Assembly (NCBI GenBank): GCA_025454725.1
Contig: JALONW010000036.1
Location: forward strand, 1-46,551
Length of the DNA stretch: 46,551 bases
Direction of reading: 5' to 3'
Source of the DNA: Anaerolineae bacterium
GTDB taxonomy: Bacteria > Chloroflexota > Anaerolineae > Aggregatilineales > Phototrophicaceae
Part shown: one piece after another, positions 30,407 to 39,539 of the stretch
How the letters are laid out: each line of letters begins with the position of its first letter
Numbering within the stretch: the stretch's first letter is position 1
Made by a program: the position numbers and the translations under genes
Notes under the pieces: model-generated
What the model was told of the DNA's origin: nothing
What the model saw: only the letters and a program-made list of their open reading frames with translations
The model's database searches: none

Positions 30407-31381
30407 CTACTGCCCGACGGGTGCGGCGGCAGACGCTGGCACGGCAGCGGGTTTCTTGCCGTCCGTCACTGGGTACTGCGCGACCTCGGCCTCGTCCAGC
30501 TCACCTTCGCTGACCAAGACGTGTTTGAAGGCTGCAATCGCCACTTCCAGCATGGCGAGGTCAGGCTGGCGGGTGGTCAGGTGCTGCAAAGCGAGGTTGG
30601 GCTTAATCAGCACGCGCACCCATGGGCGGTGCAGGTTGCGCGCCGTCCAGCGCAGCACCTCATAGGCGATGCCGGCGATGACCGGGATGAGCGCCACCCG
30701 TGACAGCAGCAGGATGATGAAGTTTCCACGCGGCACGAGGCTAAAGACCAGCACGCCGACGAATACGACGATGAGCAGGAAGGCTGTGCCGCAGCGCGGG
30801 TGTTCAATGGGGTACTGCTGCACCACCTCCGGCGTCAGCTCCGCGCCCGCCTCATAGGCGTTGATGGTCTTGTGTTCTGCGCCGTGGTAGGCGAACACGC
30901 GGCGCATGTCCGGCATCAGCCCAACCAGCGAAATATAGCCGATGAGGATGGTCAGGCGCACTCCGCCCTCAATCAGGTTGGCGAGGAAGGAGGCGTCCTG
31001 AAGCCCCAACAGCGACTCGATGCCCGCCGATGCCGCCGCTGGCAGGACGAAGAACAGGCCAATGCCGAACAGCAGCGAGAACGCGACCGTCCCCCACGCC
31101 AATGGACCGGTGAAGCTGGCCTCGTCGCCGACCGCCACGTCTGCCGACCACAGCAGGGCGCGCATCCCCAGCCCCAACGAGTCCCACAGGCCGACCACGC
31201 CGCGTAGGAAAGGTGTCTTGGAGACGCGACCCCGGTAGAGCGCCGCCGGGACGGTATCCTTATGGACCAAGACCTTGCCGTCGGGGTCACGCACCGCCAC
31301 CGCGAAAATGCGCTGACCGCGCATCATCACGCCTTCCATCACGGCCTGTCCGCCGTAGTTAAACTTCATCTCTTTTGCCAT
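30407..31381 (-). CDS. DUF1385 (YqhQ-like) membrane protein
   Basis: YGGQAVMEGVMMRG, VFAYHGAEHKTINAYE, HPRCGTAF, LQHLTTRQP. Confidence 0.92.
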   Translation of the reverse strand: MAKEMKFNYGGQAVMEGVMMRGQRIFAVAVRDPDGKVLVHKDTVPAALYRGRVSKTPFLRGVVGLWDSLGLGMRALLWSADVAVGDEASFTGPLAWGTVAFSLLFGIGLFFVLPAAASAGIESLLGLQDASFLANLIEGGVRLTILIGYISLVGLMPDMRRVFAYHGAEHKTINAYEAGAELTPEVVQQYPIEHPRCGTAFLLIVVFVGVLVFSLVPRGNFIILLLSRVALIPVIAGIAYEVLRWTARNLHRPWVRVLIKPNLALQHLTTRQPDLAMLEVAIAAFKHVLVSEGELDEAEVAQYPVTDGKKPAAVPASAAAPVGQ

Positions 31382-31718
31382 CCGGCAGACCCCTTATTTT
31401 CCTCTAAACTGAACAGCGGGCACACATGCCCGCCCATGGCGGCTCTAGCCTGTGCTGGTTCCGCCCGAACACGACCATTTTAACACGGCATGAGCGGGTA
31501 GGCCGCACCGCCAAACGCCAATCGGCGGACAGGAAATGATTAAAGCGAATTTTCAGGCCATTATCATCCACTACTCTAGGTAACTGTGGCATGATAACGA
31601 TAACATACTACTAAAATGCTTCAATTCAACACATTTCATTTAATGTTAAGTTGTATTTCGCCGTATTCAGCCTTATACTGACCCAACATCCATAATTTAT
31701 AAGAAAGCTGGTACTAAA

Positions 31719-32459
31719 GTGCCGTTCAGCACCCCCTCCAACACACAACCTCTCTTCCCGGTGCCACAAGCCCCAGCCAACACCCAGAACCTGCGTGACC
31801 CACGCCGTCTGAATACCCTCAAGTCGCTGATGCTGATGGACACCCCCACCGAGCAGATTTTCGATCGCTTGACGCGGCTGGCCTCACGGCTGGTCAACGC
31901 CCCGGTCTCGCTGGTGTCGCTGGTCGATGGTGACCGCCAGTGGTTCAAGAGCGCGGTGGGCCTGCCCGAGCCGTGGGCTTCACAGCGCCAGACCCCGCTT
32001 TCACATTCGTTTTGCCAGCACGTCGTCAACAGCCAGTCCCCGTTGGTGGTCAATGACGCCCGCCGCGTCGATTTCCTCAAGACCAACCTCGCCATCACTG
32101 ACCTGAGCGTGATTGGTTATCTCGGTATGCCGCTGACCACCAGCGACGGTCATACGCTCGGCTCGTTCTGTGTCATCGACGACCAGCCGCGCCAGTGGAC
32201 AGACAACGAGATTGAAATCCTCGAAGACCTCGCCGCCACCGCTATCTCCCTGATTGAGATGCGCGGCCAGCTTGTGAACCTGACCAGCCAGAGCGACAGC
32301 AAAATCCGCAACGCGATGGGGCAGCTCACACAGGCCGAGGCGCGCCGTAAGGAAGAGCAGGAGTCCTTCCGCACCCTGCTTGACCAAGTGGCACACATGG
32401 TGCGCGCCCAGCGCCCGGCCAGCGAGGTGCTGGCGGTGCTGGAGACCGTCAACCGTTAG
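31719..32459 (+). CDS. Stand-alone GAF domain protein with C-terminal coiled coil
   Basis: FDRLTRLA..SLVSLVD..RQWFKS..SFCQH..YLGMPL..G..LGSFCVID..PRQWT. Confidence 0.85.
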   Translation: MPFSTPSNTQPLFPVPQAPANTQNLRDPRRLNTLKSLMLMDTPTEQIFDRLTRLASRLVNAPVSLVSLVDGDRQWFKSAVGLPEPWASQRQTPLSHSFCQHVVNSQSPLVVNDARRVDFLKTNLAITDLSVIGYLGMPLTTSDGHTLGSFCVIDDQPRQWTDNEIEILEDLAATAISLIEMRGQLVNLTSQSDSKIRNAMGQLTQAEARRKEEQESFRTLLDQVAHMVRAQRPASEVLAVLETVNR

Positions 32460-32484
32460 TCTTAGCCCACCCCGCCGAAACATT

Positions 32485-32517
32485 AGCGCCCCCTTTAACC
32501 AAAGGGGGCGCTTTTTT
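32485..32517 (+). terminator. Rho-independent terminator
   Basis: AGCGCCCCCTTT-aacc-AAAGGGGGCGCTTTTTT. Confidence 0.8.
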
Positions 32518-32522
32518 GTGTT

Positions 32523-34286
32523 TTATTCGCCTGCCGCCGGGTCAAGCGACGAGAAATATTGGCGTACCACGTCGCGCAGCCCCAGCGGGACATAGCCCGA
32601 TTCCAGCGCACGGGTGGCCGCGTCGGCATAGTCGCTGAACACCGCGTTATACGGCACCACCGACTGGCCGAAGGCGTTCTCTTGGAATTCGCCCTCGTCC
32701 AGCGGGACATCACCGGGGTCGGCGCGCAGTTCCACCTCGTCATCACCGCTGGCCTCGACCGCGAAACGCGGCGCAAAGATGGGTTCATACTCGCCCACGC
32801 CGCGCCCGTCGGGGTTGTTGTCGGGCTGCTCAAGATTGGGGTTGCGCGGCTGCAAACGCTCGCTGGAATCTTGGTTGAGGATGCCCGCGCCGTCGCCTGC
32901 CCCTTCACCACCCAAGCCCTGCGCGCCCTCGGTGGACTCGGAACCAGACCCCTCCGACACTGCCGGGTCACTCCCCGACCCTAAGCCGGGGGTATCGCCC
33001 TCACTGGCCTGTTCACCGGTCTCGCTGCCGCCTTGACCCTCACCTTCGCCGCCTTCACCGCCCTGCTCACCCTCGCCTTCCTGCGGCTGTCCCTCGCTGG
33101 CTGACGGCTGCTCAGACTCGGAGGCTTCGGCGGCCTGCTGGCGGGCTTGTTCAGCGGCCTGCGCGCTGTTTTGAAGCTGTTCGAGCTGACCCTCTTGGCG
33201 CTCACCTTGTTCCTGTGCCTGCTGCTGCTGGTTGTTTTGGGCACGCTCCAATGCTTCCAGCGCGGCCTCCAAATCGCCCTCGCGGAGCGCCTCGGCGGCG
33301 TCTTGCAGGGCTTGAGCGGTCTGCGGGTCGGTCTCGGCCAGCGCATCGGCGGCAGCATCGAGCGCATCGGCGGTGGCCTGCGCCTGCTCATCGCTCATGG
33401 TCGAGAGGTCTTGCTGCACCTGCTCAATCGACTCGCCCAGCGTGGCGGGCGGCGCTTCTTCACCCGACTCGTTGGGGTCGCGCCCCTGCTGTAGGGCTTG
33501 ATTGGCGGCCTCAGCAGCGGCGGCCCGCTGTTCCAACTGCTGCTGGATGTCCTCGGCGGTGTCGCTGAGCTGCGATTGGATTTCGCTCAGGTTGGCGAAC
33601 GCCTCTTCCAGCGAAATATCCGGGTCGCGCAGCGCTTCGAGCTGGGCTTGCAGCGCCTCTAACAGCGGCTCGCGCTGTTCATCGGTCAAATCCGGGTCAG
33701 ACGCGATGTCGGCGGCGATGTCCTCGACCGCCTCGGTAATCGCATCGACGGCGGCGCGCTCTTGGGCGGCCTCGTCGGGGGTGGTCGTCGCGGGTGGGAT
33801 GAAGGCCAACACCAGCAGCGCGACGAGTAGAATCGCCACGGCAATCCAGCCGCGCATATCCGTCCGCAGCGGGAGCGCCTCTTCTGGGCGGATGTTTTGG
33901 GCGACCTCTTGCGCGTCAGCCACTTGCAGCGCTGCCAAACCGGGGTCGCCGCTGATTCGCCCATCGAGGAGTTCCAGCGCGGTTGAGATGCGTTCGCGTA
34001 AGCCCAGTTCAAGGTCAAAGTGGCGCGCAATCAACACTGGCGGGCGCTGTCTCAGCCACACCGACGCCATCAAGGCCAGCGCACCGAGAGCGCATAAGAC
34101 GGCGACCAGCGGATAGGTCAGGGAATCGGGCAGGCCGGGGCGCAGTCGGGCGTAGACGGCCAGCAGGACGCCAATCATCAGGCCGGGGATGAGCATCCGT
34201 GGCAGCCAGACGAAAACCACTCCCCAGCGGCGGCGGCGCTCCCAACCTCGGACGAGCGAAATCAGCGGCGCGGTTGCAGTGGTCAT
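32523..34286 (-). CDS. Membrane-anchored coiled-coil, Q/E/G-rich protein (DUF4175-like)
   Basis: N-terminal TMs, LRERISTALE, long acidic coiled coil, C-terminal VP..LRDVVRQYF. Start ATG 34286. Confidence 0.7.
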   Translation of the reverse strand: MTTATAPLISLVRGWERRRRWGVVFVWLPRMLIPGLMIGVLLAVYARLRPGLPDSLTYPLVAVLCALGALALMASVWLRQRPPVLIARHFDLELGLRERISTALELLDGRISGDPGLAALQVADAQEVAQNIRPEEALPLRTDMRGWIAVAILLVALLVLAFIPPATTTPDEAAQERAAVDAITEAVEDIAADIASDPDLTDEQREPLLEALQAQLEALRDPDISLEEAFANLSEIQSQLSDTAEDIQQQLEQRAAAAEAANQALQQGRDPNESGEEAPPATLGESIEQVQQDLSTMSDEQAQATADALDAAADALAETDPQTAQALQDAAEALREGDLEAALEALERAQNNQQQQAQEQGERQEGQLEQLQNSAQAAEQARQQAAEASESEQPSASEGQPQEGEGEQGGEGGEGEGQGGSETGEQASEGDTPGLGSGSDPAVSEGSGSESTEGAQGLGGEGAGDGAGILNQDSSERLQPRNPNLEQPDNNPDGRGVGEYEPIFAPRFAVEASGDDEVELRADPGDVPLDEGEFQENAFGQSVVPYNAVFSDYADAATRALESGYVPLGLRDVVRQYFSSLDPAAGE

Positions 34287-34297
34287 GGGGTTAATCC

Positions 34298-35614
34298 TCA
34301 CTCCTCTTGGGCGCGGATGCGGCGGACGGCGACCGTCACCAGCACCGCCGACACGCTCAGGTACAGCAGGCAGAAGGTCATCCACGGCGCGGCCAGCGGG
34401 ATGACCGCCCCGTTACTACTCAACGTCGCTGACCACAGCCCCGCCTGTCCCTGCGATAACAACAAGGTCTGCGACGCCGAGGCCGCCGTGAACGGGCTGA
34501 GAGCGTTCACCAGCGCGCCGAGGTAGACGAGGAACCCCTCCCACACTGGCGAGCCGGTCATGCCCGTCCCCGCGCCGCTGATGACCGCGTAAAATGGCGC
34601 ACCGACCACCGCGCCCAGCAGCGGTGCACCCAGCATCACCAGCAGCGCAGACGAATACGAGCGCACGCTGGCGGTGGTGGTCTTTTCGGTCAGTGTCGAG
34701 AAAAACACCCCGACCGCGCCGAAGGTCAGCGCCGTGACCAGCACGACCAGCAGTGACAGCACCAACTCGACCTCACTGACGCCCCCGAACAGGAAGGCAA
34801 TGCTCTGTAATGGGATGGCCGCCAGCAGCAGCAGCGCGATGAACCCCAGCGCCGATTCTAGCTTGCCGATCAGGAAGGTGGCGCGGGGCAGCAGGGTAAT
34901 CTTGAGCAAATCATAGGTTTGGCGCTCGCGTTCGCCCGTGACGGAGCCAGCCGTAAACGACGGCGCGATAAACATCAGCATCGCCAGTTCCAGCGCCACC
35001 AACCCGGCGAAAGTGGTGCGTCCGAGGTCGCCGGTGACACTGGTCGAGAGGCCGCGGGTGAATGGCGCGTTGGCAAGGAACAAAATCACCGCCACCGCGC
35101 TCATTAGGATGAGGTAGACGGTCATGACGGCGTAGGCGCGCCCGCCCCGCATCCGTTCGCGCAGTTCTTTGACGGCCACTGGGTTGGGTTGCAGCGCGCC
35201 CGGTTCTTTCAACAGCGGCGCGATGCCCCATCCGAGCGCGGCGAGGGTCAGCAGGGCAGGGAAGAAGCCAAAAATCATCAGTGCGGCCACCGACAGGCCG
35301 ACCACCAGCACCGTGGCCAGCCATGTCCAGCGTTCATGTGCTTGCACGCCCAATCGGACGACTGCAAGGCCAATAGTACAGACACCGGTCAGCAGCAGGG
35401 CAGCTACCCACGCCGCGTCGGGCGTTCCGTTGAAGCGGAAGATGATGCCTTGCAGCGCGGAGAGCAGGCCGCCGCCGGTCAGGCCAGCGCCGATTCCCGC
35501 CAGCGCCAACAGCACCGCCAAGACACCGTGCGCGCCCACCCCAACCATTAGACGGCTGGCGGCGGTGGCGAGATGTTCCTCTCGCGGGGTGAGCGGGGCG
35601 TGGTGTGCGGGCAT
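34298..35614 (-). CDS. ABC-2 type transporter permease
   Basis: NPVAVKELRERMRG, AGSVTGERERQTYDLL..T, GKL, FLFGGVS. Confidence 0.82.
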   Translation of the reverse strand: MPAHHAPLTPREEHLATAASRLMVGVGAHGVLAVLLALAGIGAGLTGGGLLSALQGIIFRFNGTPDAAWVAALLLTGVCTIGLAVVRLGVQAHERWTWLATVLVVGLSVAALMIFGFFPALLTLAALGWGIAPLLKEPGALQPNPVAVKELRERMRGGRAYAVMTVYLILMSAVAVILFLANAPFTRGLSTSVTGDLGRTTFAGLVALELAMLMFIAPSFTAGSVTGERERQTYDLLKITLLPRATFLIGKLESALGFIALLLLAAIPLQSIAFLFGGVSEVELVLSLLVVLVTALTFGAVGVFFSTLTEKTTTASVRSYSSALLVMLGAPLLGAVVGAPFYAVISGAGTGMTGSPVWEGFLVYLGALVNALSPFTAASASQTLLLSQGQAGLWSATLSSNGAVIPLAAPWMTFCLLYLSVSAVLVTVAVRRIRAQEE

Positions 35615-35702
35615 CGGCGGCGCATCCTCGGTGGGTTAAGCGGTATCCACCAGTATAACACCGCCCAACCCACCGCGTCATGCGGGCTAACGGGAGTCTA
35701 AA
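35614..35702. repeat. 89-bp direct repeat, left copy (contains the permease promoter and RBS)
   Basis: Matches 37080-37168 with 5 mismatches. Minus-strand TG-t-TATACT extended -10 at 35660-35652 and GAGG RBS. Confidence 0.92.
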
Positions 35703-35746
35703 GAGGAATGGTTTAAGTTAGAAAGAAATGTTTACAAATTTGTTAT

Positions 35747-35775
35747 TTGACAATTATTTTTATCCTAGATACTAT
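35747..35775 (+). promoter_or_regulatory. sigma70-type promoter of the TIR-Macro gene
   Basis: TTGACA (35747-35752)-N17-TACTAT (35770-35775), 47 nt upstream of the ATG. Confidence 0.72.
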
Positions 35776-35822
35776 TGCAATATAACTTTACTTTCAGCTT
35801 AAACACTATATAAAGGCGAAAA

Positions 35823-37040
35823 ATGTACAAAATTTTCATAAGCCACAAAAATGATAAAGATAACGGTGGGAAAAGTAATGATGCTGCCAGAATGTTATGG
35901 AGCTATTTGAACGATAGATTTGGTGAGGATACAGCTTTTCTTGATATTGAAAAATTACCCAAGGGCAATCCTTGGGATGTGGAAATATATGAAGCCATAG
36001 AAAGTTCTGATGTTCTTATTGTAATAGCCTTGCCAAATACAGTATCTAATTGGGTTATACGCGAAATCTCATATGCCCAAAGCCGTGGGATTTCTGTTTT
36101 ACCAGTAATGATTTCACAGGCAGTAGAGAAAGAAACATTAGATGCATTGGATCAGTTAACTATTAAGGGGTTAGAAGCTATTAAAGCTTACTCCGAAGGT
36201 AAAGCTGACATAAAATATATTGAAGTTGAAAGAGCTATTCCTCGGCTTGCCGAGCAAACTCGCGAGAACCAACGGCGAATAGTCAATCGCATACAAAATA
36301 GATGGTCAGAACAAGACGACAGAAATCCTTTAATGCAAGTTTCAGAACCTTTAGAAGCTGTCTATAGTACTTACAGATATGAAGTCCAGCCTGCCTCGTA
36401 TCATCCTACGAGGATGCATCTGGCTTGGGGAAATATTGCAGATTTCTCAAATGTAGATGTGATAGTTAATTCAGAGAACATCTATATGCAAATGCAACGG
36501 ATTTTTGCTGCCGACTCCGTTTCTAAAAGTATTCGTATAAATGGGTCTCATATCTCAGGAAATGATATAATGGAGGACAGCATACAGTTAGAATTAAACG
36601 AGAAAATTAAAGCCCAATATAGTAAAATTCCTGTTCCACTAGGAACTGTACTTGTAACTTCGTCAGGTCATGAGCAAGGGGAATTAAAGCAACGAGGAAT
36701 TAAATATGTTTTTCACGTTGCTATTGTAGCAGCAGATTTTAATGAACAATTTGCAGTTAAAGATGTCAAAATCGTTAAACGTAGTGTGAGAAACTGTCTA
36801 AATGAAACACAGAATTACGTCGCTGATATTTCCAGCATTGCATTTCCCGTTTTAGCTACAGGCAATGCTGGTTTAAATTATGAAGACTCCGCAAAAACTA
36901 TGTTATCGGCTTTCAAAGATTTTCTAAAAGACAGGCCAAATACAGCACTAACCGACATTCACTTAACTGCGTATACAAAAGGGCAACTCGATATCTTGTC
37001 CAAAATTTTTGATAGGGATGATAAACTGCGAAAAGTGTAA
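35823..37040 (+). CDS. TIR domain-Macro domain fusion protein (candidate NAD+/ADP-ribose anti-phage protein)
   Basis: N-terminal TIR: KIFISH, AFLD, W..EI.EAIESSDVLIVI, SNWVIRE (E81), VLPV. C-terminal Macro: GNIAD..VDVIVNSEN, TSSG..LK...KYVFHVA, SIAFPVLATGNAG. Confidence 0.85.
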   Translation: MYKIFISHKNDKDNGGKSNDAARMLWSYLNDRFGEDTAFLDIEKLPKGNPWDVEIYEAIESSDVLIVIALPNTVSNWVIREISYAQSRGISVLPVMISQAVEKETLDALDQLTIKGLEAIKAYSEGKADIKYIEVERAIPRLAEQTRENQRRIVNRIQNRWSEQDDRNPLMQVSEPLEAVYSTYRYEVQPASYHPTRMHLAWGNIADFSNVDVIVNSENIYMQMQRIFAADSVSKSIRINGSHISGNDIMEDSIQLELNEKIKAQYSKIPVPLGTVLVTSSGHEQGELKQRGIKYVFHVAIVAADFNEQFAVKDVKIVKRSVRNCLNETQNYVADISSIAFPVLATGNAGLNYEDSAKTMLSAFKDFLKDRPNTALTDIHLTAYTKGQLDILSKIFDRDDKLRKV

Positions 37041-37079
37041 GGTTATGACTTTTAAAAAGTCCCTAACCAAATCTAAAAC

Positions 37080-37168
37080 TCGGCGGCGCGTCCTCGGTGG
37101 GTTAAACGGTATCCACCAGTATAACACCGCCCAACCCACCACGTCATGGGGGCTAACGCGAGTCTAAA
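37080..37168. repeat. 89-bp direct repeat, right copy
   Basis: 84/89 identical to 35614-35702 (offset 1466 bp). Confidence 0.92.
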
Positions 37169-37179
37169 AGCCGTGGGGT

Positions 37180-38018
37180 TTACGCCGACAGAAAATCCAG
37201 CAGCAGCGCGCAAAACGCTTCCGGCTGTTCGTAGCTGGGGACGTGCGCCGCGCCGGGCATCATCACGAGGCGACCGTTTGGCACGCCCGCCGTGATGACC
37301 TGTGCGGCGCGCACCACTTCTGGGTGATCGAGGTCGCCCGCCACCGCCAAAACCGGACAGCGCACCTCAGACAAGCGCGCCGCGGCGGGCGGCGTCAGCG
37401 GACTAACCGGTTCGCTGTCGGCGATGAAAAACGTCGCCTGCGAGACCGGGATACGGTTCATCATCAGCGCCTTAGCACGCAGATCAGCGTCCAGCGCGTC
37501 CGGCTCACGGTATATACCATCCAACCAAATGCGGATTTGCAGTTCGCTGGCCGTATCGATGTCACCCGCCTGCGCCGCGCCGAACATCTCATAAATATAG
37601 CGCGGCGGTTCCCCGACCATCCCATCTCGAATCCGCTGGGCGTCGCATCGACCATCACCAGCGACGCCACTCGGTCGGGCTGTTCGATGGCGAGGTCGAG
37701 CATGATTTCGCCCCCGTTGGAACAACCGACCATGTGCGCCCGTGTGATGCCGAGATGGTCGAGCAGGCGGCTCAGGTCGTCGCGGCGGCAGACCGGCCCG
37801 CTGACCCGGCTGGACTGCCCATAACCGCGCATGTCGTAGCGCACGACGCGGAATTTCTCGGTCAGAGTGGGCATGAGCGCATCGAACATGCGGCTATCGA
37901 GGAAAGCCGCGTGCGACAGCACCAACGTCTCGCCCCCGCCAGCGACCTCGTAGTACAGCGTGCCGTCGCCCAAGTCAAAATGGCCGTGTTCGGTGGTCTG
38001 TGTCGGTTGGTTCTGCAT
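37180..38018 (-). pseudogene. Alpha/beta hydrolase, frameshifted
   Basis: N-half (YDMRGYGQS, GCSNGG nucleophile) and C-half (AGDLD, AAHVPSYEQPE) are in different frames. The junction is a 5-bp tandem duplication at 37617-37626. Confidence 0.85.
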
Positions 38019-38078
38019 GGTGTGTTTTCCCTCTCATGTGAGTGTGTTGCATCCGATACCCTCATGATAAACTGGCAT

Positions 38079-38099
38079 GGGTGACATCTTATGTCACCC
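38079..38099. promoter_or_regulatory. Palindromic operator, probably bound by the adjacent YafY/WYL regulator
   Basis: Perfect GGGTGACAT-ctt-ATGTCACCC between the divergent hydrolase and WYL genes. Confidence 0.7.
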
Positions 38100-38119
38100 A
38101 AGTTTGGGAGATTTTTGCC

Positions 38120-39073
38120 ATGCGCGCCGACCGGCTTTTATCGTTGATTCTCAGGCTGCAAACCGAAGGCAAACAGACCGCCCAAGCGCTGGCGTCCGAG
38201 TTGGGGGTTTCGCGGCGCACCATCCTGCGCGATGTCGAGGCGCTGTCGCTGGCGGGCATCCCCATTTACAGCGAGGGCGGCCACGGCGGCGGGATTGCGC
38301 TGGATGAGCAGTACCGCACCTCACTCACCGGCCTGCACACCTCAGAGGTCCGGTCGCTGTTCGTCGCCAGCAACAGCACAGCGCTGGAGGAGGTCGGCCT
38401 CGGTGAGGCGGGCGACCGTCTGCTGCTCAAATTGTTGGCTGCGCTGCCCATCGCTCACCGCCCGACGGTGGACCACATCCGCCAGCGCCTGATGGTTGAC
38501 CCGGCGTGGTGGTGGCGCGACACCGACAGCCCGCCGTTCTGGGACGACCTTCAGCGCGCTGTCTATGAAGATTATCTGATTGACGCCACCTACGAACGCT
38601 ATGACGGTTCGGTCAGTCAGCGCACGCTCGCCCCGTACAGCTTGGTCAATAAATCCAGCCTGTGGTATCTGGTCGCGCTGCGCGATGACGAATTCCGCAC
38701 CTACCGCGTCTCGCGCTTCCATCGTTTGGACGTGCTGCCGCAGACCTTCACCCGCCGCCCCGATTTTGACCTGCCGACCTACTGGAAAGACCACCTCAAA
38801 GACTTCATCGACAGTTTTTCGGAGTACAAAATCACCCTCAACGTTCACCCGGACCGCGTGAAATTTGTCCAGTGGCTGACGCCGGGGCGCTGGCGGCTGC
38901 TTGACGAATCAGACGATGATGGATGGGTAGGGATGGAAGTGGTGATGGACTCGCCGCAGTTGGCGCGGATGCTGCTTTTTGGCCTCGGCGCGCAGGGTCG
39001 AGTCATCGCGCCAACGGGCTTGGCCGAGGAAGTGCGCGCCGAGGCAAGGCTGCTGTTAAACGGTACAGACTAA
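38120..39073 (+). CDS. YafY-family HTH-WYL-WCX transcriptional regulator
   Basis: MRADRLL..TAQALASELGVSRRTILRD..GIPI...GHGGG; PYSLV...WYLVA...RTYRVSR. ATG 38120. Confidence 0.92.
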   Translation: MRADRLLSLILRLQTEGKQTAQALASELGVSRRTILRDVEALSLAGIPIYSEGGHGGGIALDEQYRTSLTGLHTSEVRSLFVASNSTALEEVGLGEAGDRLLLKLLAALPIAHRPTVDHIRQRLMVDPAWWWRDTDSPPFWDDLQRAVYEDYLIDATYERYDGSVSQRTLAPYSLVNKSSLWYLVALRDDEFRTYRVSRFHRLDVLPQTFTRRPDFDLPTYWKDHLKDFIDSFSEYKITLNVHPDRVKFVQWLTPGRWRLLDESDDDGWVGMEVVMDSPQLARMLLFGLGAQGRVIAPTGLAEEVRAEARLLLNGTD

Positions 39074-39366
39074 GGTCTATTTTTCCGGGCGGTCAACCAC
39101 TCATTCACGCCCCAGTAAATCCATGCCAGCCCGATTAGCCCGACGAGGATGACGAACGGGTAGTGTCCAATGAGGTTATAGACCACCGCCAGAATCGACG
39201 GCAGCGAAAACTCAGAAATATCGAGCGCGCCCACATACCACAAATGGACAAAGCCAGCGGCAAAGATAAACAGCGCCCCAATGATGAGTCGGCCTAATAC
39301 CACGTTCCTGAGGCTGGGCGTGCTGTTGTTTGACGAGTTGGGTGTTTCATTACCAACCGGTTCCAT
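39070..39366 (-). CDS. Small membrane protein
   Basis: Two hydrophobic segments; ATG 39366 with AAGGA RBS. Confidence 0.55.
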   Translation of the reverse strand: MEPVGNETPNSSNNSTPSLRNVVLGRLIIGALFIFAAGFVHLWYVGALDISEFSLPSILAVVYNLIGHYPFVILVGLIGLAWIYWGVNEWLTARKNRP

Positions 39367-39539
39367 ACAGCGTTCCTTCACAAGTGGGTGCATATCCTAC
39401 ACCAAGCGCTGAATTACATTGTATAGAGCTATGCTTATGGCGCAACGCCCCTCGCAGACTGCGGACTTCGCCCCGCGCCAATCCCCAAAACCGCGTATGA
39501 TAGGGGGACGTAACAAGACGCCTTCAGCGGGGAGCGAGC

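Larger units (their letters stand above)
35703..37079. mobile_element. AT-rich horizontally acquired single-gene islet bounded by direct repeats
   Basis: Abrupt drop in GC content at the repeat boundaries; no integrase or transposase inside. Confidence 0.75.

Noticed and set aside
31382-31718. AT-rich intergenic stretch as a possible insertion or sRNA
   Set aside because: No bounding repeats, ORF or stable structure seen; consistent with an ordinary divergent promoter region.
37061-37107. Integron attC-like site (CCTAAC...GTTAAAC) after the TIR-Macro gene
   Set aside because: Shorter than typical attC sites, the interior is not self-complementary, and there is no intI or further cassette.
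35823-39073. WYL regulator as controller of the TIR-Macro gene (BrxR/CapW-like), or a Thoeris operon
   Set aside because: The WYL gene is YafY-type, has host-like GC, lies outside the direct repeats and has its operator at the hydrolase. No ThsA-type partner is present.
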